NCBI GenBank assembly: GCA_963931435.1
Contig: OZ007012.1
Location: 623,710-647,709, forward strand
DNA: 24,000 nt
Source: an uncultured Coriobacteriaceae bacterium
GTDB lineage: Bacteria; Actinomycetota; Coriobacteriia; Coriobacteriales; Coriobacteriaceae
Reading direction: 5' to 3'
In this document: positions 8,996 through 17,255 of the stretch, piece after piece
Layout of the letters: each line of letters starts with the position of its first letter
Numbering within the stretch: the stretch's first letter is position 1
Position numbers and translations under genes: made by a program
The notes under the pieces: model-generated
The model's input: the letters and a program-made list of their open reading frames with translations, nothing else
Database searches by the model: none
Told to the model about the DNA's origin: nothing

Positions 8996-10039
8996 ATGGC
9001 CGATCTAGAGTTGTTGAAGCGTCTGAGCAACGCCGACGCCGTCGCAGGGCGCGAGCGCGAGGTGCGCGCGATCCTCGAGGCGGAGCTCGCCGACTCGTGC
9101 GACCGCATCGAGCACGACGGCCTGGGCAGCGCCCTGTTCGTGAGCGAGGGCGCCGAGGAGAACCCCGTGCGCATCATGTTCGCCGCGCACATGGACGAGG
9201 TCGGCTTCATGGTGCGCCACATCTCCGATCTGGGCATGCTGCATCTCACCGTGCTGGGCGGAGTGCTCGACAAGAGCAAGCACATGCAGGCCGTGCGCGT
9301 CACCTGCGCCGACGGCACCAAGGTGCCCGGCGTCCTCAACGCCAAGACGGGCGCGGACGGACACGTCGAGGAGGCCTACGTCGACCTGGGCTGCGAGAGC
9401 CGCGCCGACGTCGAGGCGCTCGGCGTCGCCGTGGGCGACATGGTGACCTTCGCCAGCGAGGCGCATGAGCTGGCCCTCGACAAGGTCGCCGGCAAGGCCA
9501 TGGACGACCGCTCCGGCCTCTACGTCATCGCCGAGGCGCTGCGCCGCCTCCACGCCGAGGGCCATGCGGCCGAGGTGTGGATGGCCGCGACCTCCAGCGA
9601 AGAGGTGGGCACGCGCGGCGGCAAGACCGCGTGCGCCTACGCCGATCCCGATATCTTCGTCGCGGTGGACGTCGCCTCCGGCGCCGACCTGTCCCGCGAT
9701 TTCACCAACCACCGCAAGCTGGGCCAGGGCTGCATGATCGAGCACTACGACAAGACCATGGTCCCGCATGAGGGGCTGCTCCGCATCGCGCGCGACCGCG
9801 CCCGCGAGGAGGGCATCGCGGTCCAGCTCGACATGCTGGGCGGCGGCGGCACCGATGCCGGCACCGCGCACCTGGTGGGGGCGGGACGCGCCGCGCTCGT
9901 CATCGGCATCCCGCTGCGCGGGTGTCACGGCGCCTGGTCGGTGGCCAGCGCCGCCGACATCTCATCCGCAATCGATCTGGTGTGCGCTATCGCCAGGTCG
10001 TTTGATAGGAACACCTACCAGTCCGTCATCGAGTTCTAA
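8996..10039 (+). CDS. M42 family metallo-aminopeptidase (FrvX/YpdE/CelM-like; often mis-annotated as endoglucanase)
   Basis: The in-frame ATG at 8996 (MADLELLKRLS...) lies after the regulator stop, 347 aa. M42 metal-site motifs are present: HMDEVGFMV, GKAMDDRSG, SSEEVGTRG, GGGGTDAG. Confidence 0.88.
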   Translation: MADLELLKRLSNADAVAGREREVRAILEAELADSCDRIEHDGLGSALFVSEGAEENPVRIMFAAHMDEVGFMVRHISDLGMLHLTVLGGVLDKSKHMQAVRVTCADGTKVPGVLNAKTGADGHVEEAYVDLGCESRADVEALGVAVGDMVTFASEAHELALDKVAGKAMDDRSGLYVIAEALRRLHAEGHAAEVWMAATSSEEVGTRGGKTACAYADPDIFVAVDVASGADLSRDFTNHRKLGQGCMIEHYDKTMVPHEGLLRIARDRAREEGIAVQLDMLGGGGTDAGTAHLVGAGRAALVIGIPLRGCHGAWSVASAADISSAIDLVCAIARSFDRNTYQSVIEF

Positions 10040-10054
10040 GGGAAGGGGGGAAAG

Positions 10055-10378
10055 ATGGCAGGAACGTACGAGCAGGTGATCATGGGCATCATCTCGTCTG
10101 CGGGCGAGAGCAAGGCGCGCGCCTTCGATGCGCTCAAGAAGGTCAAGGAGGGCGACTACGACGGCGCCCGCGCGGCGCTCAAGGAGTCGCGCGACCTCGA
10201 TCTCGAGGCGCACGAGGAGCAGACCAAGCTCATCACCGCGGAGCTCGCCGGCGGCGACGACCGTCCCGAGATGAGCCTCCTCATGGTGCACGCCCAGGAT
10301 CACTACATGTGCGCCGCTCTGGCGCGCGACCTGATCGAGGCGATCACTGAGGTTTTCGAGTCCAAGGAGGCAAAGTAA
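10055..10378 (+). CDS. PTS lactose/cellobiose-family EIIA component
   Basis: 107-aa ORF. Helical EIIA(Lac/Cel) pattern with the conserved LLMVHAQDH histidine region. Confidence 0.9.
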   Translation: MAGTYEQVIMGIISSAGESKARAFDALKKVKEGDYDGARAALKESRDLDLEAHEEQTKLITAELAGGDDRPEMSLLMVHAQDHYMCAALARDLIEAITEVFESKEAK

Positions 10379-10717
10379 ATGAAGATCGTTCTGTGCTGCC
10401 AGGGTGGTTTCTCCACCACCATGCTCATGGATAGCATGAAGCGCACCGTCAAGGAGAGCAAGAAGCTCAACGAGGCTGACTTCACTTTCAAGGCGATCCC
10501 TGCGGACCAGTTGCCGATGGAGGTCGAGGACACCGACGTGGTCATCCTCGGGCCCCAGGTCGCGCACCGCGTCGACTCCATCCGCGAGGTCATCGATCCG
10601 TACAAGATCCCCTACACGGTGGTCGACAAGGACACCTACGGCAAGATGGACGGCGCCACGGTGCTCAAGATGGCCCTCGTCGCCCGCAAGAAGGCCGATC
10701 TCGCCCAGGGCAAGTAG
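10379..10717 (+). CDS. PTS lactose/cellobiose-family EIIB component
   Basis: 112-aa ORF starting directly after the EIIA stop. N-terminal MKIVLCCQGGFSTTML matches the active-site Cys loop of EIIB(Cel). Confidence 0.9.
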   Translation: MKIVLCCQGGFSTTMLMDSMKRTVKESKKLNEADFTFKAIPADQLPMEVEDTDVVILGPQVAHRVDSIREVIDPYKIPYTVVDKDTYGKMDGATVLKMALVARKKADLAQGK

Positions 10718-10809
10718 GCCTCACGTGAGCACCCCGCAGACGCACCTCGGTTTCCACGCGCGGGCGCGTCTGCAAGGCACCATCTCGATTCTAGAAAGGT
10801 GTGACCCCC

Positions 10810-12168
10810 ATGGGAGCACTTGAGAATTTCCTCAATAAATACCTCGGCCCCATCGCGGAGTGGATGGACAAGAACCGCTATCTGAGCGCGATCAAGAAGT
10901 CCATGGTCGCCATGACCCCGCTGCTCATCATCGGTTCGTTCTGCCTCATCCCCGACGCGATCCCCAACTACATCGGCGTGGACAACCCGGTGTCGCAGTG
11001 GATCATGGCCAACAGCTCGCTGATCACCATGCCCAACACCGTCGGCATGGGCCTGATGGCGCTCTACGTCACCGTGATCATCGCCTATCACCTGTCGCAG
11101 CACTACAAGCTCGACGTGCCCGGCGCGACCAGCATGGCGCTCATCGCCTTCCTGCTGCTCGCCGTGGCCTTCGATGAGGAGGGTGGCTGGGACGTCACCT
11201 ATCTGGGCACCAAGGGCCTGTTCGTGTCCATGGTCGCCGCGATCCTCGCCGTCGAGATCTACCGCTGGTTCAAGAACAAGAACATCACCATCAAGCTGCC
11301 CGAGTCCGTGCCGGACTTCGTGTCGAACTCCTTCGCCATGATCCCGCTCGCGGTGGGCACCGTTCTGGTGTTCCTCATCATCCGCATCGTGTGCGTGAAC
11401 GTCTTCGGCATCATGCCACCGCTGATCTTCACCAACCTGCTGGCACCGCTCGTGGGTTCCATGGACAACCCGCTCGCCGTGACCTTCCTGCAGATCCTGC
11501 GCTGCCTGCTGTTCTTCTTCGGCATCCACCCCTCGGTGCTGTCGCCGATCACCAGCCCGATCTCCACGCAGTTCCTGGCTGAGAACATCGCGGCCGTCCA
11601 GGCCGGCGGCGTGGCCACGCACTTCTTCGCCCCCGGCCCCGAGTCCGCGTTCGGCAACTTCACCGGTACCGGCGTGACCTTCGGCCTGGTGTTCTGGAGC
11701 ATGCTGTCCAAGTCCGACGCGCAGAGGAAGATCGGCCGCCTGGCCCTCATCCCGGCACTGTTCGGCATCAACGAGCCCATCCTGTTCGGCGCCCCCATCG
11801 TGCTGAACCCGATCTACTTCATCCCCTACGTCATCTTCGGCGGCCTCATGGGCGTCATCCCGTACTGGATGATGTACTTCGGCATCCTGGATTGCTCCAC
11901 CTTCACGCCTCCCTACGTCGGCGTGTTCCTGGAGGGCTTCCTCACCAACTTCGACTACATGTCGATCGTGGCGAACGCCATCCAGCTGATCTGCTCCATC
12001 ATCGTGTGGTTCCCGTTCTTCAAGATCTACGAGAGGCGCGAGCTGGAGAAGGAGGCCCAGATCGAGGCCGAGAAGGCTGCCGGCATCGCCGTCGATTCCG
12101 AGGGCGGCTCGGTGACCATCTCCGAGGAGGACATGAAGCTCCTCGACGACATGGATCTCGACTTCTAG
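10810..12168 (+). CDS. PTS lactose/cellobiose-family EIIC permease
   Basis: Multi-pass membrane ORF closely resembling ChbC/CelB/LicC (ITIKLPESVPDFVSNSF, FFFGIHPS, GINEPILFGAPIVLNPIYFIPYV). The ATG at 10810 is preferred over the GTG at 10801 because of GAAAGG RBS spacing. Confidence 0.92.
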   Translation: MGALENFLNKYLGPIAEWMDKNRYLSAIKKSMVAMTPLLIIGSFCLIPDAIPNYIGVDNPVSQWIMANSSLITMPNTVGMGLMALYVTVIIAYHLSQHYKLDVPGATSMALIAFLLLAVAFDEEGGWDVTYLGTKGLFVSMVAAILAVEIYRWFKNKNITIKLPESVPDFVSNSFAMIPLAVGTVLVFLIIRIVCVNVFGIMPPLIFTNLLAPLVGSMDNPLAVTFLQILRCLLFFFGIHPSVLSPITSPISTQFLAENIAAVQAGGVATHFFAPGPESAFGNFTGTGVTFGLVFWSMLSKSDAQRKIGRLALIPALFGINEPILFGAPIVLNPIYFIPYVIFGGLMGVIPYWMMYFGILDCSTFTPPYVGVFLEGFLTNFDYMSIVANAIQLICSIIVWFPFFKIYERRELEKEAQIEAEKAAGIAVDSEGGSVTISEEDMKLLDDMDLDF

Positions 12169-12276
12169 CAGACCCCTTTGGAGATGCCCCGGCTGCCTGG
12201 CGGCCGGGGCGTCGCGAAGACGTCGGCGCCCCGGGGAGATGGCAGATGCGCTCCCTGGGGCGCTGTTGAGAGTGAG

Positions 12277-13377
12277 ATGAGTCCCATGGCGGATCTAAAC
12301 CATATCGAGCGGGTGCGTGCGCAACTCGCTGCCAGCGATTGCGACGCCGTGCTCATCAAGAGCAAGACGATGAAGAAGTACCTGGGCACCCTCACAGGGA
12401 GCGGCTGCAAGGTGCTCATCACCCGCGAGCGGGCCTACATGATCCTCGACGGCCGCTACGTCAACGAGGCGCATGAGCGCGAGCACACCCTGGAGCTCGT
12501 GGAGCACGCCCAGGGCGAGAGCTACCTGCCCTATGTGAAGCGCCTGCTCGAGGCCGAGGGCGCCCGCCGCCTGGGCGTCGAGGCCGATCAGATGCTCGTG
12601 GGGGAGTACCGCAAGGTCGAGGCGCTCGGCTTCGAGGTGGTGCTGCTGGACGATGAGATCCCTCTCATGCGCATCATCAAGGACGCGGACGAGGTGGCAC
12701 ATCTGCAGCGCGCCATCGACCTCACCGACGAGATCTACGAGGAGGTCATCTCGCGCCTGCGCGTGGGCATGACCGAGTACGAGATCAGCGCGCTTCTGCA
12801 CTACCACTCCTATCTGAGGGGCGCCGAGGCCATGAGCTTCGACACCATCGTGGGCACAGGCCCGCGCAGCGCCCTGCCGCATGGCCGGCCGACCGGGCGC
12901 GTGGTCGAGCCGCACGACGCGGTGCTCATCGATTTCGGCATCCAGTTCGAGGGCTACCAGTCCGATATGACCCGCGTGGTCTTCATGGGTGAGCCGACCC
13001 CGGAGATGCGGCGCATCTACGAGGTGGTGCTCGAGGCCCATCTGGCTGGCATCGACGCCATGCGCGTCGGCGCGGTGGCCGAGGACGTCGACCGCGCCGC
13101 CCGCGACGTGATCGAGCGCGCCGGCTACGGCGAGAACTTCAACCACGGCCTGGGCCACGGTATCGGGATCGGCAACGACAACGAGCTGCCGCTCCTGCGC
13201 CCCGGCAGCAAGACGGTGCTCGACAACGGCATGATCATGTCCTGCGAGCCCGGCGTGTACGTGGCGGGCGTGGGCGGCGTGCGGATCGAGGACGACGTCC
13301 TCATCGACGGCGGCGTGGGACGGCCCCTCAACCACACGCCCAAGGAGTTTCGCATCATCCCCATCAAGGAGGCGTAA
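12277..13377 (+). CDS. M24B family metallopeptidase (Xaa-Pro aminopeptidase/dipeptidase, YpdF/PepQ/PepP-like)
   Basis: Pita-bread fold motifs and a complete metal-ligand set (DFGIQFEGYQSDMTRV, GHGIGI, EPGVY, GGVRIEDDV). Start is uncertain: ATG 12277 or 12286. The track start at 12178 is unlikely. Confidence 0.88.
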   Translation: MSPMADLNHIERVRAQLAASDCDAVLIKSKTMKKYLGTLTGSGCKVLITRERAYMILDGRYVNEAHEREHTLELVEHAQGESYLPYVKRLLEAEGARRLGVEADQMLVGEYRKVEALGFEVVLLDDEIPLMRIIKDADEVAHLQRAIDLTDEIYEEVISRLRVGMTEYEISALLHYHSYLRGAEAMSFDTIVGTGPRSALPHGRPTGRVVEPHDAVLIDFGIQFEGYQSDMTRVVFMGEPTPEMRRIYEVVLEAHLAGIDAMRVGAVAEDVDRAARDVIERAGYGENFNHGLGHGIGIGNDNELPLLRPGSKTVLDNGMIMSCEPGVYVAGVGGVRIEDDVLIDGGVGRPLNHTPKEFRIIPIKEA

Positions 13378-14568
13378 ATGAGCTACGACTTCGACGCGGT
13401 CCACGACCGCCTGGGTACCTACTGCACGCAGTGGGATTACATCCAGGATCGCTTCGGCGAGGCGGGGCTGCTGCCGTTCTCCATCTCCGACCACGACTTC
13501 CGCGTGCCCGACCCCATCGTCGCGGCGCTGCACAAGGTGGTCGACCACGGCATCTACGGCTACACCCGCTGGAACCACCACGAGTTCAAGGGCGCCATCA
13601 CAGGCTTCTTCGCCCGCCGCTTCGGCGTCGAGATGCCCGAGGACTGGGTGCTCTACAGCCAGAGCGTCATGTACACGCTCGCCAAGCTCATGTGCTTCTT
13701 CACCGAGCCGGGCGACGGCGTCGTCTCGTTCGCGCCCATGTACGACTCGTTCATCAAGATCTGCGTGGGCAACGGCCGCAGGCTCATCTCCAACAAGCTC
13801 GTCAACGTCGACGGCCACTACGAGATCGACTTCGAGCAGCTCGATCATGATCTGGCCGATGCGCGCGTGATGCTTCTGTGCTCGCCCCACAACCCCAGCG
13901 GCCGCGTCTGGACGCGCGAGGAGCTCTCCCGCATCGTGGCGATGTGCCGCGAGCACCGCGTGAAGATCATCTCCGACGAGATCCACATGGACCTCGAGAT
14001 GGCTGATGAGCGCCGCCAGATCCCGGCGCTGGCGTTCTATGACGAGTACCCGGAGATCTACATCGCCTCCGCCTGCTCCAAAACCCTCAACACCCCGGGC
14101 CTCATGGGTTCTTACGCCATCGTCCCCGATCCGGACGTGCGCGAGGAGTTCCTCTACCAGACCCGCAACCGCGACCTGCTCAACTCGGCCAGCATCCCGG
14201 GCCTTTACGCTACCATGGTGGGCTACACCGAGTGCGATGACTACATCGACGAGTTGAGGGCGTATCTGCGCGGCAACCACGAGCTCGTCAAGAGCTTCAT
14301 CGACGCCAACCTGCCCGACCTGCGCTTCGAGGTGCCCGAGGCCACGTGCCTCTCCTGGATCGACGCGCGCCAGGTGCCCTTCACCTCGGCTGAGATCCAG
14401 GACGCGCTCGTGCACGTGGGCCGCGTCGGCATCATGCCCGGAGAGACCTACGGCGAGGGTGGCCTGGGCTACCTGCGCATGTGCATCGGCGGCCCGCGCT
14501 CCAAGGTCGAGGAGGGCCTGAAGCGCATGAAGTTGGCATTCGACGCCCTCTACGAGCGCGCCGACTGA
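13378..14568 (+). CDS. malY: PLP-dependent C-S lyase / aminotransferase class I-II (MalY/PatB family cystathionine beta-lyase-like)
   Basis: 396-aa ORF colinear with E. coli MalY as I recall it (FD...V.DR.GT.CTQWDY..DRFG...LLPF.ISD.DF; LLCSP.NP.G.VWT..EL; ISDEIHMD; PLP-lysine context SACSKTLN; MPG.TYGE.G.G..R...G.PRSK). Confidence 0.88.
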   Translation: MSYDFDAVHDRLGTYCTQWDYIQDRFGEAGLLPFSISDHDFRVPDPIVAALHKVVDHGIYGYTRWNHHEFKGAITGFFARRFGVEMPEDWVLYSQSVMYTLAKLMCFFTEPGDGVVSFAPMYDSFIKICVGNGRRLISNKLVNVDGHYEIDFEQLDHDLADARVMLLCSPHNPSGRVWTREELSRIVAMCREHRVKIISDEIHMDLEMADERRQIPALAFYDEYPEIYIASACSKTLNTPGLMGSYAIVPDPDVREEFLYQTRNRDLLNSASIPGLYATMVGYTECDDYIDELRAYLRGNHELVKSFIDANLPDLRFEVPEATCLSWIDARQVPFTSAEIQDALVHVGRVGIMPGETYGEGGLGYLRMCIGGPRSKVEEGLKRMKLAFDALYERAD

Positions 14569-14602
14569 GAACGCAACCCTTGAGACGTCAGGATCGTGAG
14601 CG

Positions 14603-15274
14603 ATGAGCAAGAAGCATAAGAAGCGCAACCGCCGTCCCGCTGGCGGCGCATCCGGCGCGAGCGCGCAGCCCGCGTCCCATACCGAGGAGGAGAAGCTGCC
14701 CGTGCGGTCGGTGGCGGTGACCACGCAGGTGTCCGTCCTGCGGCGCTTCGGCGCTTACGCCATCGATTGGGCGGTCGGCGGCGTTGTGACGGGGGCACCC
14801 GCGGTGCTGCTCTACAGCGCCGTCACGCGCCGCACCGATTTCTACTCCGACCTGTACGTGTTCGAGGCGCTCGGCTACCCCATGTGGTGGGGCGTGCTCG
14901 CCGGGGTGCTCTGTATCCTGGCCGGCCTCTTCTACTACGTATGGGTGCCCGCCCGCATGATGCCGGGCCAGACCCTGGGCAAGCGCCTGCTGGGCCTGGA
15001 GGTCCGCTCCATGGATGGCTCGCTGCCCTCCCTGGGGGCGCTCGCCGTGCGCTACGGCCTCATCGGCTTCCTGCTCGAGGGCAACGCCTTCGTCACGGGG
15101 CGCTTCATCCGCGAGCTCGCGACGCTCATCATCCGCATCGACGTGGCCACGCCGTGGTCCATCGCGTGCGTCGGCATCACGATCGTCTCGGCGTTCCTGG
15201 CGCTCTACCGCCCGCAGCATCGGGCGCTGCATGATTTCGCCGCGGGCACCCGCGTGGTCGCCCGCATATCCTGA
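14603..15274 (+). CDS. RDD family membrane protein
   Basis: 223-aa ORF. Basic N-terminus, RRFGAYAIDW (R..D) plus a later PGQTLGKRLLGL segment, about 3 hydrophobic helices, C-terminal ALHDFAAGTRVV typical of RDD proteins. Confidence 0.75.
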   Translation: MSKKHKKRNRRPAGGASGASAQPASHTEEEKLPVRSVAVTTQVSVLRRFGAYAIDWAVGGVVTGAPAVLLYSAVTRRTDFYSDLYVFEALGYPMWWGVLAGVLCILAGLFYYVWVPARMMPGQTLGKRLLGLEVRSMDGSLPSLGALAVRYGLIGFLLEGNAFVTGRFIRELATLIIRIDVATPWSIACVGITIVSAFLALYRPQHRALHDFAAGTRVVARIS

Positions 15275-15321
15275 CAACCACGACGGGGGCCGTGCGGCCC
15301 CGCCAACCGGAAGGACAGCCA

Positions 15322-15594
15322 ATGTATTCCAAGACCACCACCATCGTGAACGCTTCGGGCCTGCACGCCCGTCCCGCCGCCGTCTTCGCCAAGCAGGCGG
15401 GCTCCTACGAGTCCAAGGTGACCATCCGCAACATCACCAAGGAGAGCTCCGCGCTCGACGCCTCCTCGATGCTCTCGATCATGATGCTCGCCGCCAAGCA
15501 GGGCAACGAGGTGGAGATTGCCGCCGAGGGCGCCGATGAGCAGAAGGCCGTCGACGAGCTCGTGCAGCTCCTGGAGGACGGCTGCGGCGAGTAG
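15322..15594 (+). CDS. ptsH: Phosphocarrier protein HPr
   Basis: ATG at 15322 after a GGAAGGA RBS, 90 aa. Active-site SGLHARPA (His15 equivalent) and a Ser in the Ser46-equivalent region (DASSMLSIMML). Confidence 0.93.
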   Translation: MYSKTTTIVNASGLHARPAAVFAKQAGSYESKVTIRNITKESSALDASSMLSIMMLAAKQGNEVEIAAEGADEQKAVDELVQLLEDGCGE

Positions 15595-15801
15595 CCGCAG
15601 GCATCTTTTCCTTCTGCCGCGTTAACGCCATCAAGGGCTCCGGGGGTTTCCGGGGGCGACAATCCGTAGCCGCGAAGCGGCGAGGACGTCGCCTGCGAAA
15701 ATCCCCGGAGCCCCTTTCAGCTTGGCGTTCGCGCACCCCTTGTGCGATGATGGCCTTGTGCGGTGCCAGCGGGGTGCCGCGCCCTGCGAAAAGGGGGTAC
15801 C

Positions 15802-17085
15802 ATGGCACATCATCAACGAGAGGTCATCGGCGTTGACGACCGGGTGTCGGTCGGTCGCGCCATCCCGCTCGGCATCCAGCACATGATGAGCATGTTCGGC
15901 TCGACGGTGCTCGTGCCGGTGCTCACGGGGCTCGACCCCAACGTCGCCATCATGTGCTCGGGCATCGGCACCATCTGCTACCTGCTCGTCACGGGCAACA
16001 AGATTCCGAGCTACCTGGGCAGCTCGTTCGCCTTCATCAGCCCGATCCTGGCCGTCGGCGCCACGCAGGGGCTCGACGCCGCCCTGTCGGGCGTCGTGGT
16101 GGCGGGCATGGTGTTCCTCGCGGTGGCGGGCATCATCCGGCTCGTGGGAACCGGCTGGCTCGACCGGCTGCTCCCGCCGGTGCTCGTGGCCTCGGTGATG
16201 GTCGTGATCGGCGTGGGGCTCTCGGCCACGGCGGTCGACATGGCCTTCATGCAGGATCTTCCGGATGGCTCCACGGCGTTCTACGGGCTCGGCGCCATCG
16301 TCGCGGCGATCACACTCGTGGCGGCTGTGGTGTTCTCGAGCATGGGTGGCATCTTCGGGACGATCCCGGTGCTCCTCGCCATCATCGTGGGCTACCTCGT
16401 CTCGGTGCCGCTCGGTCTCGTGGACTTCGCGCCAGTGGCGGAGGCCGCCTGGATCGGCTTGCCGCACATCTCGGCGCCGCACTTCGATATGGGCGCTATC
16501 GCGCTCATCGCGCCCGTGGCCGTGGTCGTGGTGATCGAGCACATCGGCCACCTGCTCGCCGTGGGCGAGATCGTGGGCAAGGACTACCGTCCCATGCTGC
16601 CGCGTTCGCTGGCCGGCGACGGCATCTCGACCATGATCTCGGGCTTCCTCGGCGGTCCTCCCACCACCACCTACGCCGAGAACATCGGCGTCATGAGCGT
16701 CACGCGCGTCTACTCCACCCAGATCTTCTGGTATGCGGGCGGGTTCGCGCTCGTCATCGGCGGCTTCTGCCCCAAGCTCGCGGCGCTCATCCAGTCCATC
16801 CCCGGCCCGGTGATGGGCGGCGTGTGCCTGCTGCTCTTTGGCCTCATTGCCTCCAACGGCCTGCGCATGCTCGTGTCCAACAAGGTGGACTTCGACGTCA
16901 ACCGCAACCTCATGATCGCCTCAGTGGTCATCATCGTGGGCGTGGGCATGGAGACGAGCGGCATCTCGATCCCCGTCGGCGATTACACGCTCCCCGGCAT
17001 GGCCACCTCGGCGCTGGCGGGCATCTTGCTCAACCTCATCCTGCCTGGCGGCAAGACGGAGCCGTCGGCAGATGTCGCCGAGTAG
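15802..17085 (+). CDS. uraA: Uracil permease (NCS2/nucleobase:cation symporter-2 family)
   Basis: ATG at 15802 after an AAGGGGG RBS, 427 aa. Colinear with E. coli UraA as recalled (QH..SMFG.TVLVPVL, IPSYLGSSFAFISP, EHIGHL, TTYAENIGVM..TRVYST, PGPVMGGV.LLLFG). Confidence 0.92.
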   Translation: MAHHQREVIGVDDRVSVGRAIPLGIQHMMSMFGSTVLVPVLTGLDPNVAIMCSGIGTICYLLVTGNKIPSYLGSSFAFISPILAVGATQGLDAALSGVVVAGMVFLAVAGIIRLVGTGWLDRLLPPVLVASVMVVIGVGLSATAVDMAFMQDLPDGSTAFYGLGAIVAAITLVAAVVFSSMGGIFGTIPVLLAIIVGYLVSVPLGLVDFAPVAEAAWIGLPHISAPHFDMGAIALIAPVAVVVVIEHIGHLLAVGEIVGKDYRPMLPRSLAGDGISTMISGFLGGPPTTTYAENIGVMSVTRVYSTQIFWYAGGFALVIGGFCPKLAALIQSIPGPVMGGVCLLLFGLIASNGLRMLVSNKVDFDVNRNLMIASVVIIVGVGMETSGISIPVGDYTLPGMATSALAGILLNLILPGGKTEPSADVAE

Positions 17086-17091
17086 CGAGGT

Positions 17092-17121
17092 GCGGGCCCT
17101 GGCACAGCTGTCGGGGCCCGC
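17092..17121 (+). terminator. Putative terminator hairpin after uraA
   Basis: GCGGGCCC / GGGCCCGC 8-bp stem, 6 nt after the stop codon. Only a short TT follows, so it is weak as a canonical terminator. Confidence 0.4.
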
Positions 17122-17255
17122 TTGCGCCGTAGGGTCATACCGAGCGTTTACCGGCAAGCAGAGAAACCCTGAGAGCATCTCCCATTAGCCCCTCCTCCTA
17201 TATTGAAGTTGCCACTTCTCGCGCAGTGGCCGCGCTTCTTTACCCGTAGACGCGA

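Noticed and set aside
8996-10039. The M42 protein as an endoglucanase that would supply the missing glycosidase of the PTS operon.
   Set aside because: The endoglucanase label for M42 (CelM) proteins is historical. The conserved His/Asp/Glu metal ligands seen here define co-catalytic metallo-aminopeptidases (TET/FrvX/YpdE).
12031-12165. The 45-aa acidic C-terminal tail of EIIC (…EEDMKLLDDMDLDF) as a novel docking motif.
   Set aside because: E. coli ChbC, as I recall it, also ends in a shorter acidic tail (…DKEESEEDIANALKF). This looks like a family trait that is merely longer here.
12295-14724. 809-aa ORF on the - strand. Similar long ORFs include 1622-2914(-), 690-1427(-), 4617-5495(-), 9005-9928(-), 15631-16551(-), 15954-17132(+), 17185-18657(-), 17367-19064(+), 19786-20643(-) and 20949-22085(-).
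   Set aside because: They lie antisense to, or in an alternative frame of, genes with strong family-level matches. Their translations are low-complexity and rich in Ala/Arg/Gly/Asp/His/Pro, as expected for stop-poor alternative frames in high-GC DNA. None has an RBS or recognisable motifs.
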